Notes under the pieces: model-generated | Databases searched by the model: none | Seen by the model: only the letters and a program-made list of their open reading frames with translations | Told to the model about the DNA's origin: nothing | Shown here: piece by piece, positions 34,517 to 43,680 of the stretch | How positions within the stretch are numbered: the first letter of the stretch is position 1 | How the letters are laid out: every line of letters starts with the position of its first letter | Position numbers and translations under genes: made by a program | Origin: Rickettsiales bacterium | GTDB lineage: Bacteria; Pseudomonadota; Alphaproteobacteria; Rickettsiales; UBA3002 | Direction: 5' to 3' | DNA length: 64,000 bases | NCBI GenBank assembly: GCA_028281385.1 | Contig: JANQJY010000011.1 | Coordinates: 3,937 to 67,936 of the forward strand

Positions 34517-35182
34517 ATGCAAACTAATCATCTGAGCCTCCTGTGGCGAGGTTTTTGTGGCAGTTATACCGTGCTTTGTTGCCTGTGCGCCATAGCTATA
34601 GCTGAAGAGCGGGCAATTATTCCGGCATTTGTTTTCTTCCCGAATGAAGCAATGTCTTACACCGAGCTTGAACATACGGTGGTCTATTGTGAGGACCGTT
34701 ACGGCAGGTCGCTTGCCAGAATTGAGGATGGGGAAGGCAACTGGTTGCAGGCCGAATGGGTGCAAACGGGCAGGGCGGTGGTGTATGCGCCGCAATGTGC
34801 AGATGAGGAAGCAGTGAAAAAGTTATTCTTGCTGGAAGCCGAAGCACGCGAACATAAACACGGCATCTGGGCAGAAGATGAACTCACCGTTTCGCATGAA
34901 CAGGCGGATCAGCATTATGGCAGCTTCAGACGTGTCGGCGGAGTCGTGAAGCATGTTGCCGTGACAAAATATGGCACTTACATCAATTTCGGTGAGGATT
35001 GGAAAACCGATTTCACCGGCTATGTGCCGAAACAATCCGTTGCATTGTTCAGTGCGGAGATGCTGGAAAATCTGAAGGACCAATTTATCTATGTACGCGG
35101 GCCGGTTTATGTCTATCATGGGCCGCGCATTACGCTGTTTCACCCCTCACAATTGGAGATACAAGACGATGCGAATCGGTGA
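34517..35182 (+). CDS. thermonuclease (SNase)-like protein
   Basis: The segments GRAVVYAP...LEAEAREHKHGIWAED resemble staphylococcal-nuclease homologues. N-terminal hydrophobic segment. The assignment is weak. Confidence 0.45.
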   Translation: MQTNHLSLLWRGFCGSYTVLCCLCAIAIAEERAIIPAFVFFPNEAMSYTELEHTVVYCEDRYGRSLARIEDGEGNWLQAEWVQTGRAVVYAPQCADEEAVKKLFLLEAEAREHKHGIWAEDELTVSHEQADQHYGSFRRVGGVVKHVAVTKYGTYINFGEDWKTDFTGYVPKQSVALFSAEMLENLKDQFIYVRGPVYVYHGPRITLFHPSQLEIQDDANR

Positions 35183-35816
35183 TGATGTAGTTGATGGTTT
35201 TCTGAATGACATGTTTGCACAAGAAAGCGCGGCACAGATTGCTGCGCGCGAAAAAGGCATGGAGCTGCGTCCCGGCATGGCGATCCATCCGCATGAAGGC
35301 AAGATTCTCTATCTGCTGGCGAGTATGATTCAGGCGAAACAGATTCTGGAGATTGGCTGTTTCATGGGCTACTCGGCGCTGTGGATGGCTAGGGCGCTGC
35401 CGGAAGACGGCAGGCTGGTCTCGCTGGAATATGATGAAGACTATGCGGAGCTGGCGCGCTCGCATATCGCGAAAGCCGGGGTGCAGGGCAGGGTAGAAAT
35501 CAAGACAGGCAATGCGCTTGAGACCTTGCCAACACTGTCGCAGGAATGGGATATGGTGTTTATCGATGCGGATAAGGTGAATTATGCCAATTATGTCAAA
35601 GCGGTGATACCGCATGTCCGCTCAGGCGGATTGATTGTTGCAGATAATGCCCTGCTGTTCGGCGCCATGCTGGGTGAGGAGCACCGGCGTCAGAAAACCT
35701 CTGATGCAGCGCTGGCGTCGATGCAGGAGATGCACGAAACACTATGTGACGAATTGCACTTCGTCACTACGATGCTGCCCACCGGTGAAGGCATGACGGT
35801 AGCACTGAAAAAATAG
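35169..35816 (+). CDS. class I SAM-dependent O-methyltransferase (caffeoyl-CoA OMT-like)
   Basis: ILEIGCFMGYSALWMA, GRLVSLEYDEDY and MVFIDADKVNYANY. ATG 35169 overlaps the end of the upstream gene. Confidence 0.8.
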   Translation: MRIGDDVVDGFLNDMFAQESAAQIAAREKGMELRPGMAIHPHEGKILYLLASMIQAKQILEIGCFMGYSALWMARALPEDGRLVSLEYDEDYAELARSHIAKAGVQGRVEIKTGNALETLPTLSQEWDMVFIDADKVNYANYVKAVIPHVRSGGLIVADNALLFGAMLGEEHRRQKTSDAALASMQEMHETLCDELHFVTTMLPTGEGMTVALKK

Positions 35817-35818
35817 GA

Positions 35819-36289
35819 TCAGGCCGCTTTTGCTTCCACCGTTTTTTCGCTTTTCCAGCCGCCATTGGGTTGTTGTTTGATGTAATTTAGACCGTAGCCT
35901 TTGTCGCTGTAATGCGCCCAGCGTTCACGCGCTCTGCTGACTTCTGCTTCGTCATGGCCGTTGAAAATATCGAGGATTTTGTCATAGCCCTCGGTTTTCT
36001 CGATCAGCTTGCCGTCGGTGATGACGAGAATGTCGGCCTGATTCGGATTTTTCAACTCATAGTGAATATAGATCGGTTGTTCCTCCGAATAGGGGGTTTT
36101 AGCGTTGCCATGCGGCAGGAACTGATTGGGGTTATAGCTCCACAGCAGGTCATTTAGTTTGTCAGATGCCGCTTCGGAATCGACCAGAATGATTGCGCGG
36201 TGTTCAGCAGCAACGGCTTTTTCCATTAGTTTGGGCAGGGCCCGTTCCAGCGGTGTTGACAGGAGGTGATAAAATTGAATCTGAGTCAT
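35819..36289 (-). CDS. holC: DNA polymerase III chi subunit
   Basis: MTQIQFYHL...RALPKLMEKA opening and ~155 aa length. Classic position next to pepA. Confidence 0.8.
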   Translation of the reverse strand: MTQIQFYHLLSTPLERALPKLMEKAVAAEHRAIILVDSEAASDKLNDLLWSYNPNQFLPHGNAKTPYSEEQPIYIHYELKNPNQADILVITDGKLIEKTEGYDKILDIFNGHDEAEVSRARERWAHYSDKGYGLNYIKQQPNGGWKSEKTVEAKAA

Positions 36290-36645
36290 TATAGATTTAA
36301 TACATCATCATGGGTGCTGGCGACAAGCGTCATTACCTCATCCTGTAATTCATCCGGCACATTCAAGTCTCCGAGGGTGGTTTTAAGATGTCCCGCCACC
36401 GCATTGAAGTGATCTTCCGTCAGGTTAAGATGTTTATGAGCTTCGCGTAGTGACTTACCTGAATAGTTAGGGGCACCGCCAAAGGCATAGGTCAGGAATG
36501 ATTTCTGTTTGGCGATTTGACGCGGCATGTCCGTATTGGCAAATAAATGATTAATAGAGCCATCTGCCATAATTTTTTCATAGAATAAATCAACTGCCGC
36601 GTTGATGGCATCCCGGCCACCTAATCTTTCAAATAATGACGTCAC
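36289..36645 (-). CDS. glbN: group I truncated haemoglobin
   Basis: 118 aa. SLFERLGGRDAINAAVDLFYEKI opening and LREAHKHLNLTEDHF proximal-His region. Confidence 0.85.
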   Translation of the reverse strand: MTSLFERLGGRDAINAAVDLFYEKIMADGSINHLFANTDMPRQIAKQKSFLTYAFGGAPNYSGKSLREAHKHLNLTEDHFNAVAGHLKTTLGDLNVPDELQDEVMTLVASTHDDVLNL

Positions 36646-36656
36646 TATCGCCTCCC

Positions 36657-38156
36657 TTATGTTTCGTAATGATCTTTCACCAGCTGATTCAACAGGCGCA
36701 CACCAAACCCGGTCGCTCCCTTTTCAGCGGTGGCATCTCCTTTGCCGCTCCAGGCAACACCGGCAATGTCCAGATGCGCCCATGGTGTTTTATTGACGAA
36801 GCGTTGCAGGAACTGAGCAGCGGTAATGCTTCCTGCTCCGCGGCCTTCACCGATATTCTGCATATCGGCAATCTGACTGTTAATTTGCTTATCATACTCT
36901 TCTCCCAGAGGGAACCGCCAACTCATCTCACCGGTTTTTTCACTTGCTTCGGCAATGCGTTTTGCAAGCGTATCATTGTTTGAGAACGCTCCGCAGCGAG
37001 TGTCTCCAAGTGAGACAACGATCGCTCCCGTCAGGGTGGCAAGGTCAATAATAAACTCCGGTTTAAATCGATCCTGCGTATACCATAGCGCATCAGCCAG
37101 TACCAGACGTCCTTCCGCATCGGTATTAAGCACTTCAATCGTCTGGCCGGACATCGAGGTAATGACATCACCCGGACGGATGGCGGTGCCGCTTGGCATA
37201 TTTTCCACCAGTCCGACTACACCGATAACATTGGCTTTGGCCTTGCGCCCCGCCAGTGCTTTCATCAGCCCGAGTACTGCGCCGCCGCCGGCCATGTCGT
37301 ATTTCATGTCATGCATGTTGGCGGAAGGTTTGATGCTGATACCGCCGGTATCGAAGGTCACACCCTTACCGACAAAGGCAATCGGTTTTTTCGATTTGGC
37401 CGCACCTTCCCAGCGCATGATCGCCAGCCTGGAATCATGTTCAGAGCCTTGTCCGACACCCAGCAGCGAATGCATCCCCAGCTTTTTCATCTGCGCTTCA
37501 TTGAGTATTTCCACCTTCACGCCAAGTTTGCTCAGCTCCCGGCATTTTTTGGCAAAACTTTCCGGGTAGATGATATTGGCGGGTTCGGTCACCACATCCT
37601 TGGTCAGATCCACGCCGTCGGCGACTTTGTTAAATTCGTTGAACAGGGCCTTGGCGTCCTTGACGGCCTTGGTCACGACGCTGAGGGTTGCCAGTGTCGG
37701 TTTCAACTCATCCTTGCGCTTGGTGTAATATTTCAGGAAATGATAACGGCGCAAACGCGCACCGAAAGCGAAATGAGCGGCCGCCTCGCCAGGCTTGACG
37801 CCTTTGATGGTGTCCATGATCAACTCGGCGGATTTGACGCCATCACCACCCAAATGTCCGGCGGCACTGCCCCCGGCTTTTTGCAGGGTGAGGTGATCAA
37901 TTTTCTTCTCATCCCCCAGTCCGATCAATACAACACGGTCTCCATGGATGCCATCGACACCAATGATGGATCGTACCTCTCCGGCCTTGCCTTCGAACTT
38001 GCCGGCCTTCAGCGCACGCGCAAGAGCGCCGCCGGTTTTTTTGTCGATGGAGGCAGCTGTGGTGCTGAGCTTGAGGGTCTTACTAATCAACAAAACAATG
38101 GCATGTTTTTGTTTGGTTCTGCCTTTGGACGGGGTGGAGGTAAAAGAAATTTTCAT
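36657..38156 (-). CDS. pepA: leucyl aminopeptidase (M17)
   Basis: NTDAEGRLVLADAL motif, VGKGVTFDTGG, 499 aa. Confidence 0.92.
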   Translation of the reverse strand: MKISFTSTPSKGRTKQKHAIVLLISKTLKLSTTAASIDKKTGGALARALKAGKFEGKAGEVRSIIGVDGIHGDRVVLIGLGDEKKIDHLTLQKAGGSAAGHLGGDGVKSAELIMDTIKGVKPGEAAAHFAFGARLRRYHFLKYYTKRKDELKPTLATLSVVTKAVKDAKALFNEFNKVADGVDLTKDVVTEPANIIYPESFAKKCRELSKLGVKVEILNEAQMKKLGMHSLLGVGQGSEHDSRLAIMRWEGAAKSKKPIAFVGKGVTFDTGGISIKPSANMHDMKYDMAGGGAVLGLMKALAGRKAKANVIGVVGLVENMPSGTAIRPGDVITSMSGQTIEVLNTDAEGRLVLADALWYTQDRFKPEFIIDLATLTGAIVVSLGDTRCGAFSNNDTLAKRIAEASEKTGEMSWRFPLGEEYDKQINSQIADMQNIGEGRGAGSITAAQFLQRFVNKTPWAHLDIAGVAWSGKGDATAEKGATGFGVRLLNQLVKDHYET

Positions 38157-38268
38157 GGGATCGCCCTTCCTGTGTGTTGTGAGTGGATTGTGACGAATAT
38201 AGGTAGCCGGCCACCATTCGTAAAGGCTTGATTTGCGTCGATGTCCAAAGCGGTCTATAACTGGCCGG

Positions 38269-39372
38269 ATGAAACATTATGTGCTGTATATCATGAAGCA
38301 TCTGGGCTGGCCGACCCTGCTGATTACTGCCAGCCTGACCTGCATTATCTGGCTGACGCAGGCCCTGCGCTTTATCGATTTTATTGTGAATCGCGGGCTG
38401 TCGATCGGCGATTTTATCTATATCACCTCGCTGCTGTTTCCGTCGCTGCTGCTGCTGCTGGTGCCTGTTTCGCTCTTCATTGCGGTGCTGTTCACCTATA
38501 ACAAGCTGACCTCCGACAGCGAACTGGTGGTGATGCGTGCTGCGGGTCTGAGCCGCTGGCAACTGGCCAGACCGGCGCTTTATGTGGCCTGTATTACGAC
38601 GGGTTTTTGCTATGTACTTTCGCTTTATCTGTTGCCGCTGTCGAACCGCCAGTTCAACGACATGCGCAGTTTCCTGCGCGATAATTATACCTCGGTGCTG
38701 TTGCAGGAAGAGGTGTTCAACACGCCGGTGGAAGGGTTGACAGTCTTTGTACGCGAGCGCGATCAGGACAATAACCTCAGGGGCATTCTGGTGCATGACA
38801 ACCGCATCGAGCATAATCCGATTACCATGATGGCCGAGGAAGGCAGCCTGATTCAGACAGCCCAGGGACCGCGCTTTTTTCTGGTACGTGGGATTCGTCA
38901 GGAGTTGCGCAAGGGACGTATTTCTTGGCTCAATTTTGATAGCTACACGCTCGATATCAGTTTTTATACCGGGGTGATGCGTCAGCGCGAGCGTGATCCG
39001 GACGAAAAATATCTGGAAGAATTATTTACCGCTGACGGCAAGGATGACAAAGACCGGCTGCATCTGCGCGCCGAGGGACACCAGCGTATTGTCTGGCCGC
39101 TCTATAACATTGTGCTGGCCTGTTTCGGGGTAGCGGTGCTGTTATCAGGCGAGTTTAACCGTCGCGGCCAGTGGAAACGGATTGTTGCAGCCTCCTGCGG
39201 CGGCATTGTTCTGGCGCTGATCGCTATCGGTCTGCGTAATTTCGTGGTCAAACAACCTGCCATGGTGCCGCTGATGTATGTGCTGGTGATTGCGGTTTTG
39301 TCCGGCTGTTGTTACGTGCTGTTTATGCGCCGTCATCATCGCAGAACCCCTGCGGTGGAAGGAGGGACGTGA
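38269..39372 (+). CDS. lptF: LPS export ABC permease LptF
   Basis: YjgP/YjgQ family architecture and synteny with lptG. ATG 38269 (MKHYVLYIMKHLGWP) is preferred. Confidence 0.85.
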   Translation: MKHYVLYIMKHLGWPTLLITASLTCIIWLTQALRFIDFIVNRGLSIGDFIYITSLLFPSLLLLLVPVSLFIAVLFTYNKLTSDSELVVMRAAGLSRWQLARPALYVACITTGFCYVLSLYLLPLSNRQFNDMRSFLRDNYTSVLLQEEVFNTPVEGLTVFVRERDQDNNLRGILVHDNRIEHNPITMMAEEGSLIQTAQGPRFFLVRGIRQELRKGRISWLNFDSYTLDISFYTGVMRQRERDPDEKYLEELFTADGKDDKDRLHLRAEGHQRIVWPLYNIVLACFGVAVLLSGEFNRRGQWKRIVAASCGGIVLALIAIGLRNFVVKQPAMVPLMYVLVIAVLSGCCYVLFMRRHHRRTPAVEGGT

Positions 39373-40496
39373 TGCGCATGCCTTCGACCCTGTCATTCTA
39401 TATTGCGCGGCAGTTTTTCCTCGCTTTTGCCGTGGCGTTGTTTGTTGTGCTGGCGATTATCGGACTGATTGAACTGGTGGAGCTGATCCGTCGCGCCTCG
39501 CACAAGGAGCAGTCGGTGCCGTTTGCGATTATTATGGAAATGGCATTGCTGAAAATTCCCTTTACCGCGGAAAAGGTGCTGCCCTTTGCAGTGCTGATCG
39601 GGGCGATGGTGTCGCTGTCCCGGCTGACCAAATCCTCCGAACTGGTGATCGCCCGCGCCTCGGGCATTTCGGTGTGGCAGTTCATGGCGCCGGTCTTCTT
39701 GGTGGCCTTGCTTATCGGCAGTTTTTTCATGATGGCGTTCAATCCGATGTCTTCCGCGATGATTACGCGCTTTGAAAATCTGGAGGGTAAATATATTACC
39801 AACCGGCCGAGCGTACTGGCGGTCTCGCCTTCCGGCCTGTGGGTGCGGCAGGTCGAAAGCGTCAATGCCACCTTCAACAAAAAGCCGATCGGCGAATATA
39901 TCATTCATGCCAAACGCATTTCGCAGCAGGATATGTCGCTCAGCCAGGTAATTATTTTTATCTTCGGTGAGGAAAAACAATTCCTGGGAAGGATCGATGC
40001 ACCGACCGCCAAACTCGAGGAAGGCTATTGGGATGTGACGCGGCCGATGGTCTCGGCGCCGGGGCTGGCGAGCCAGACCATGTCATCCTATCAGTTGACG
40101 ACGGAATTGAGCATCAGCCAGATTCAGGAAAGCTATGCCTCACCTAAAACCCTGTCTTTTTGGGAACTGCCGAAATTCATCTCGGTGTTGGAGAAAGCCG
40201 GCTTTTCCGCCCTGCGCCACAAGCTGCATTTTCAGACCCTGCTGTCACTGCCGTTCATTCTGGGATCGATGGTGCTGATTGCGGCGATCTTTTCGCTGCG
40301 TCAGCATCGCCGCGGGCGGGTTGGGCTGATGATCACCGGCGGCATTCTTTCCGGTTTTCTGTTCTATTTCATTTCGAATCTGGTTTATGCGCTGGGTTTT
40401 TCCGGCAGCCTGCCGGTGACGCTCGCGGCCTGGACGCCGCCGCTGATCAGTTCGATGATCGGCATGGCCGCCTTGCTGCATCTGGAGGATGGGTAA
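39372..40496 (+). CDS. lptG: LPS export ABC permease LptG
   Basis: MRMPSTLSFYIARQFF opening. Its start overlaps the lptF stop (TGATG). YjgP/YjgQ family. Confidence 0.85.
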   Translation: MRMPSTLSFYIARQFFLAFAVALFVVLAIIGLIELVELIRRASHKEQSVPFAIIMEMALLKIPFTAEKVLPFAVLIGAMVSLSRLTKSSELVIARASGISVWQFMAPVFLVALLIGSFFMMAFNPMSSAMITRFENLEGKYITNRPSVLAVSPSGLWVRQVESVNATFNKKPIGEYIIHAKRISQQDMSLSQVIIFIFGEEKQFLGRIDAPTAKLEEGYWDVTRPMVSAPGLASQTMSSYQLTTELSISQIQESYASPKTLSFWELPKFISVLEKAGFSALRHKLHFQTLLSLPFILGSMVLIAAIFSLRQHRRGRVGLMITGGILSGFLFYFISNLVYALGFSGSLPVTLAAWTPPLISSMIGMAALLHLEDG

Positions 40497-40574
40497 AGCT
40501 AGAATAGGCCACTAAAATTAATGATTTATTTAGAAAGGTGTGGTAGTATATAAAAAGATACAGGAGAATAAGTT

Positions 40575-41380
40575 ATGCTCATGAACACCATAGGTTACCC
40601 CCCCCCGATGAACAAGCGTTCAGCTTAGTCGAGCTCTCCATCGTCCTCGTTATTCTCGGCCTGCTCACCGGCGGTATCCTTACAGGTCAGAACCTTATTC
40701 GTGCGGCAGAGTTGCGTAGTGTGACGACGGAGTTCCAAGCCTTTCAGGCGGCGGTGAACACCTTCCGCGATAAATATTTTGCCCTGCCGGGGGATATGGC
40801 CAATGCCGAAGATTTCTGGGGATCACCGGGTGGAAATCCGGCTAATTGCCCTGCCACTGCCGGCACTGGCACCGAAACCTGTAACGGCAATGGGGATGGT
40901 GATATTGCAGGGGGAGCAGCTGCCGCGAGCCAGTATGGTGAGGCATTTACCTTCTGGCAGCATCTGGCCAATGCCGGATTGATTGAAGGGAACTATACGG
41001 GGAGAGCCGGAGCAGGAGGGGCGCAGGACTCGGATATTGCGGTGAATGTACCCCGTTCCAAACTTGGTAATGCTGGTTGGTCGGCGCGGACAGCGCATAA
41101 TTATGGTGGTGATGGTAGTGCATTTGCCTACGATTACGGAGATGCGTTTGTGTTCGGTTCAGAATTAGGCGTCGACGCGACATTTGGTGCTGTATTCAAG
41201 CCTGAGGAATTGTGGAATATCGATACCAAGATGGATGACGGCATGCCGGGATCAGGAAAAATTTTATCCATGCTATGGGATACATGTACCACCGCTGCAA
41301 ATGCAAATGATACGTCTGCTCCTTACGATCTGACCAGTACGGATATTGCCTGCGGTCTTCATGGGGCAAAGAATTTTTAG
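40575..41380 (+). pseudogene. pseudopilin paralog interrupted by a frameshift in a C9 tract (candidate phase-variable gene)
   Basis: ATG 40575 with an AGGAGAA RBS reads MLMNTIGYPPP and then stops at 40626-40628. FSLVELSIVLVILGLLTGG... continues in the +1 frame to 41380. C10 or C7 would restore one ORF. Confidence 0.8.
40598..40606 (+). repeat. homopolymeric C9 tract
   Basis: Nine consecutive C, counted directly. The paralog encodes the same Pro-Pro-Pro with the interrupted sequence CCTCCCCCT. Confidence 0.95.
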
Positions 41381-41535
41381 TGACGCAGTTAACCTTTAAT
41401 TTCCGTTAACTACTTATACACCGCCTATCAACAGAGCCTGTGTAAATCCGTTGATCACAGTACATCCCGCCGATAGTGCTGCTAGATTACAATCGGGTGT
41501 GGTGTGCCTGGCGCGCCGCGCCACAGGTGAAGTGT

Positions 41536-43680
41536 ATGAAAAAAAAGAACCGATATACGGCAGGTATGGTGATGATAGTCTGTATGGCTTTCATCGTTAC
41601 GCATGCATATGCGCAACCGAAATTCACTCAGCCTGACACGTCGCTGCCGGTGTATATGGAAGCCAAAGAGCTCGGTTATGATGAAGAGAATGCCGTGGTG
41701 GTGGCGCAGGGCAATGTCGAGATTGTACAGGGCGAATATGTGTTGCGCGCGGACCGTATCGCCTATTACCAGCAGCAGAATATCGTGCAGGCCGAAGGCA
41801 ATGTCAGCGTGCTGGAGCCGACGGGCAACGTCTATTTTGCCGAACGCGTGCGCCTGAAGGAGGATCTGAAACAAGGGGTGATTCAGCAATTTCGTGCGCG
41901 GCTGTCAGATAATTCGCTTTTTTCCGCCATCGAAGCGCGCAAGGTCAGTGAACAGGTGACCGAGTTGGACAAAGCCGTCTATTCACCCTGCGAGATATGC
42001 GAGGGGGAAGACCCGCTGTGGCAGATCAAGGCGGATAAGGTGACGATCAATGAAGCCGAGCAGGAAGTGGTCTATGACGATGTCTATTTCGAGATTTACG
42101 GCGTGCCGGTTGCCTATACGCCCTATCTGTCGCACCCGACGCCCGATGCTGAGCGCAAAAGCGGATTTCTGCGCCCGGAATATGAACAGAATTCAAATCT
42201 GGGCAGTGTGTTGCGTGCGCCCTATTATTTCAACATCGCGCCGGATAAGGATCTGACCTTAACACCGATTATTACCACCGCCGAAGGACCGATTCTGGAA
42301 GGGGAATACCGTCAGCTGACCCGCCGTGGCAATTACAATATGACGGGCAGTATCACCTATCCGCGCGAACGCGATGATGTGACCGGTGCGCAGCTGGGCG
42401 AACGCGAAGTGCGCGGGCATATTTTTGCACGCGGACAGGATAAGCTGGCGGACAATGTCAATGTCGGATTCGATATTCAGCGTGCGACCGACGATACCTA
42501 TCTGCGCCGTTACAAATACGGCAATCAGAATTCACTGACCTCGCGCGCCTATGTCGAGGGGATCGGCGATCGCAGCTATGCTATTCTGCAGGGGATTACT
42601 TTCCAGGGGCTGCGTGTCGATGATGATCCGGATACGGCGCCGTTTATCATCCCGCTTGCCGAAGCGCATTACGAGACCGATCCGATGTGGCGGGGCTCGC
42701 GTTTTTATGCCTCGGCCAACACGCAGGTGGTCACGCGTGATCTTGGTGCCAAGTCACAGCGCGGCAGTGTGACCGGCGGATGGAAACTGCCGGTGGTCAC
42801 TGGTGGCGGGCAGTTGATCGATGTCGATGCGTCGCTGCGGGGCGATCTGTATGGTGTGGAGGATGTCATCGACAGCAACGGCAATAGTATCGTCGATGAA
42901 ACTGAAACGCGGGTTGTTCCGACGGTGGCGGTGAAATGGCGTTATCCGCTGATTAAGCGTACGGAAAATGCCGCCATCACGGTGGAGCCGACGGTGTTGG
43001 CAGTAGCGACCTCGAATGGCAATAATCCGGATATGATTCCCAATGAAGATAATGGTATTGCCGAGTTCAGTGACGGTAACCTGTTCGATATACATCGCTT
43101 CGGCGGGTACGATACGGTCGATGATACGAGTCGTGTTGCCTATGGTGTACGCTCGCAGGTGCACTGGTCGGAAAAGACTGATCTCGAACTCGTGCTCGGC
43201 CAGAATTATTCATTAAGCGAAACGCCCTTTGCCTATAATGATGATGGCGGGGATGGGCTGTCCGATATTATCGGGCGGTTCAAACTCACCTATTCGCCGG
43301 TTGAGTTGAGTTATCGCTTCCGTCTCGATCAGGATGATTTTGAAAATAATCTGCATGAGGCCAGCGCCTATTACCGTACCGGTCGTTTCCTAGCGGGGCT
43401 GGAATATCTGTCGCTGTCGAATGACGGCATTATCGAAGACCGCGAGGAGATTCTGCTGAACATGGCCGCGGCGATTACCGACAAATGGCGGATCAACGGC
43501 TATGGCCGGCGCGATCTGATCGCCGATGACATGCTTAATGCCGGGGTTGGGTTGACCTATCAGAATGAGTGCTTTACCCTGCTGACCAGCTTCAATAAAA
43601 CATTTACCAGCGACCGTGATGTGGAAGCCGATACCAGCTTTTCCGTACGGTTCGCCTTTAAGAATCTGAATGAAATATGA
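41536..43680 (+). CDS. lptD: LPS-assembly outer-membrane protein LptD
   Basis: Signal peptide MKKKNRYTAGMVMIVCMAFIVTHAYA. OstA-like N-terminal region and a large barrel. Synteny with surA. Confidence 0.9.
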   Translation: MKKKNRYTAGMVMIVCMAFIVTHAYAQPKFTQPDTSLPVYMEAKELGYDEENAVVVAQGNVEIVQGEYVLRADRIAYYQQQNIVQAEGNVSVLEPTGNVYFAERVRLKEDLKQGVIQQFRARLSDNSLFSAIEARKVSEQVTELDKAVYSPCEICEGEDPLWQIKADKVTINEAEQEVVYDDVYFEIYGVPVAYTPYLSHPTPDAERKSGFLRPEYEQNSNLGSVLRAPYYFNIAPDKDLTLTPIITTAEGPILEGEYRQLTRRGNYNMTGSITYPRERDDVTGAQLGEREVRGHIFARGQDKLADNVNVGFDIQRATDDTYLRRYKYGNQNSLTSRAYVEGIGDRSYAILQGITFQGLRVDDDPDTAPFIIPLAEAHYETDPMWRGSRFYASANTQVVTRDLGAKSQRGSVTGGWKLPVVTGGGQLIDVDASLRGDLYGVEDVIDSNGNSIVDETETRVVPTVAVKWRYPLIKRTENAAITVEPTVLAVATSNGNNPDMIPNEDNGIAEFSDGNLFDIHRFGGYDTVDDTSRVAYGVRSQVHWSEKTDLELVLGQNYSLSETPFAYNDDGGDGLSDIIGRFKLTYSPVELSYRFRLDQDDFENNLHEASAYYRTGRFLAGLEYLSLSNDGIIEDREEILLNMAAAITDKWRINGYGRRDLIADDMLNAGVGLTYQNECFTLLTSFNKTFTSDRDVEADTSFSVRFAFKNLNEI

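Noticed and set aside
37311-38231. 306-aa plus-strand ORF overlapping pepA
   Set aside because: Antisense shadow of the M17 aminopeptidase gene. Low-complexity composition and no RBS context.
38083-39980. Minus-strand ORFs 38083-38814, 39393-39980 and 39398-39904 across lptF/lptG
   Set aside because: They are antisense to well-supported permease genes, and their His/Arg/Gln-rich translations do not look like proteins.
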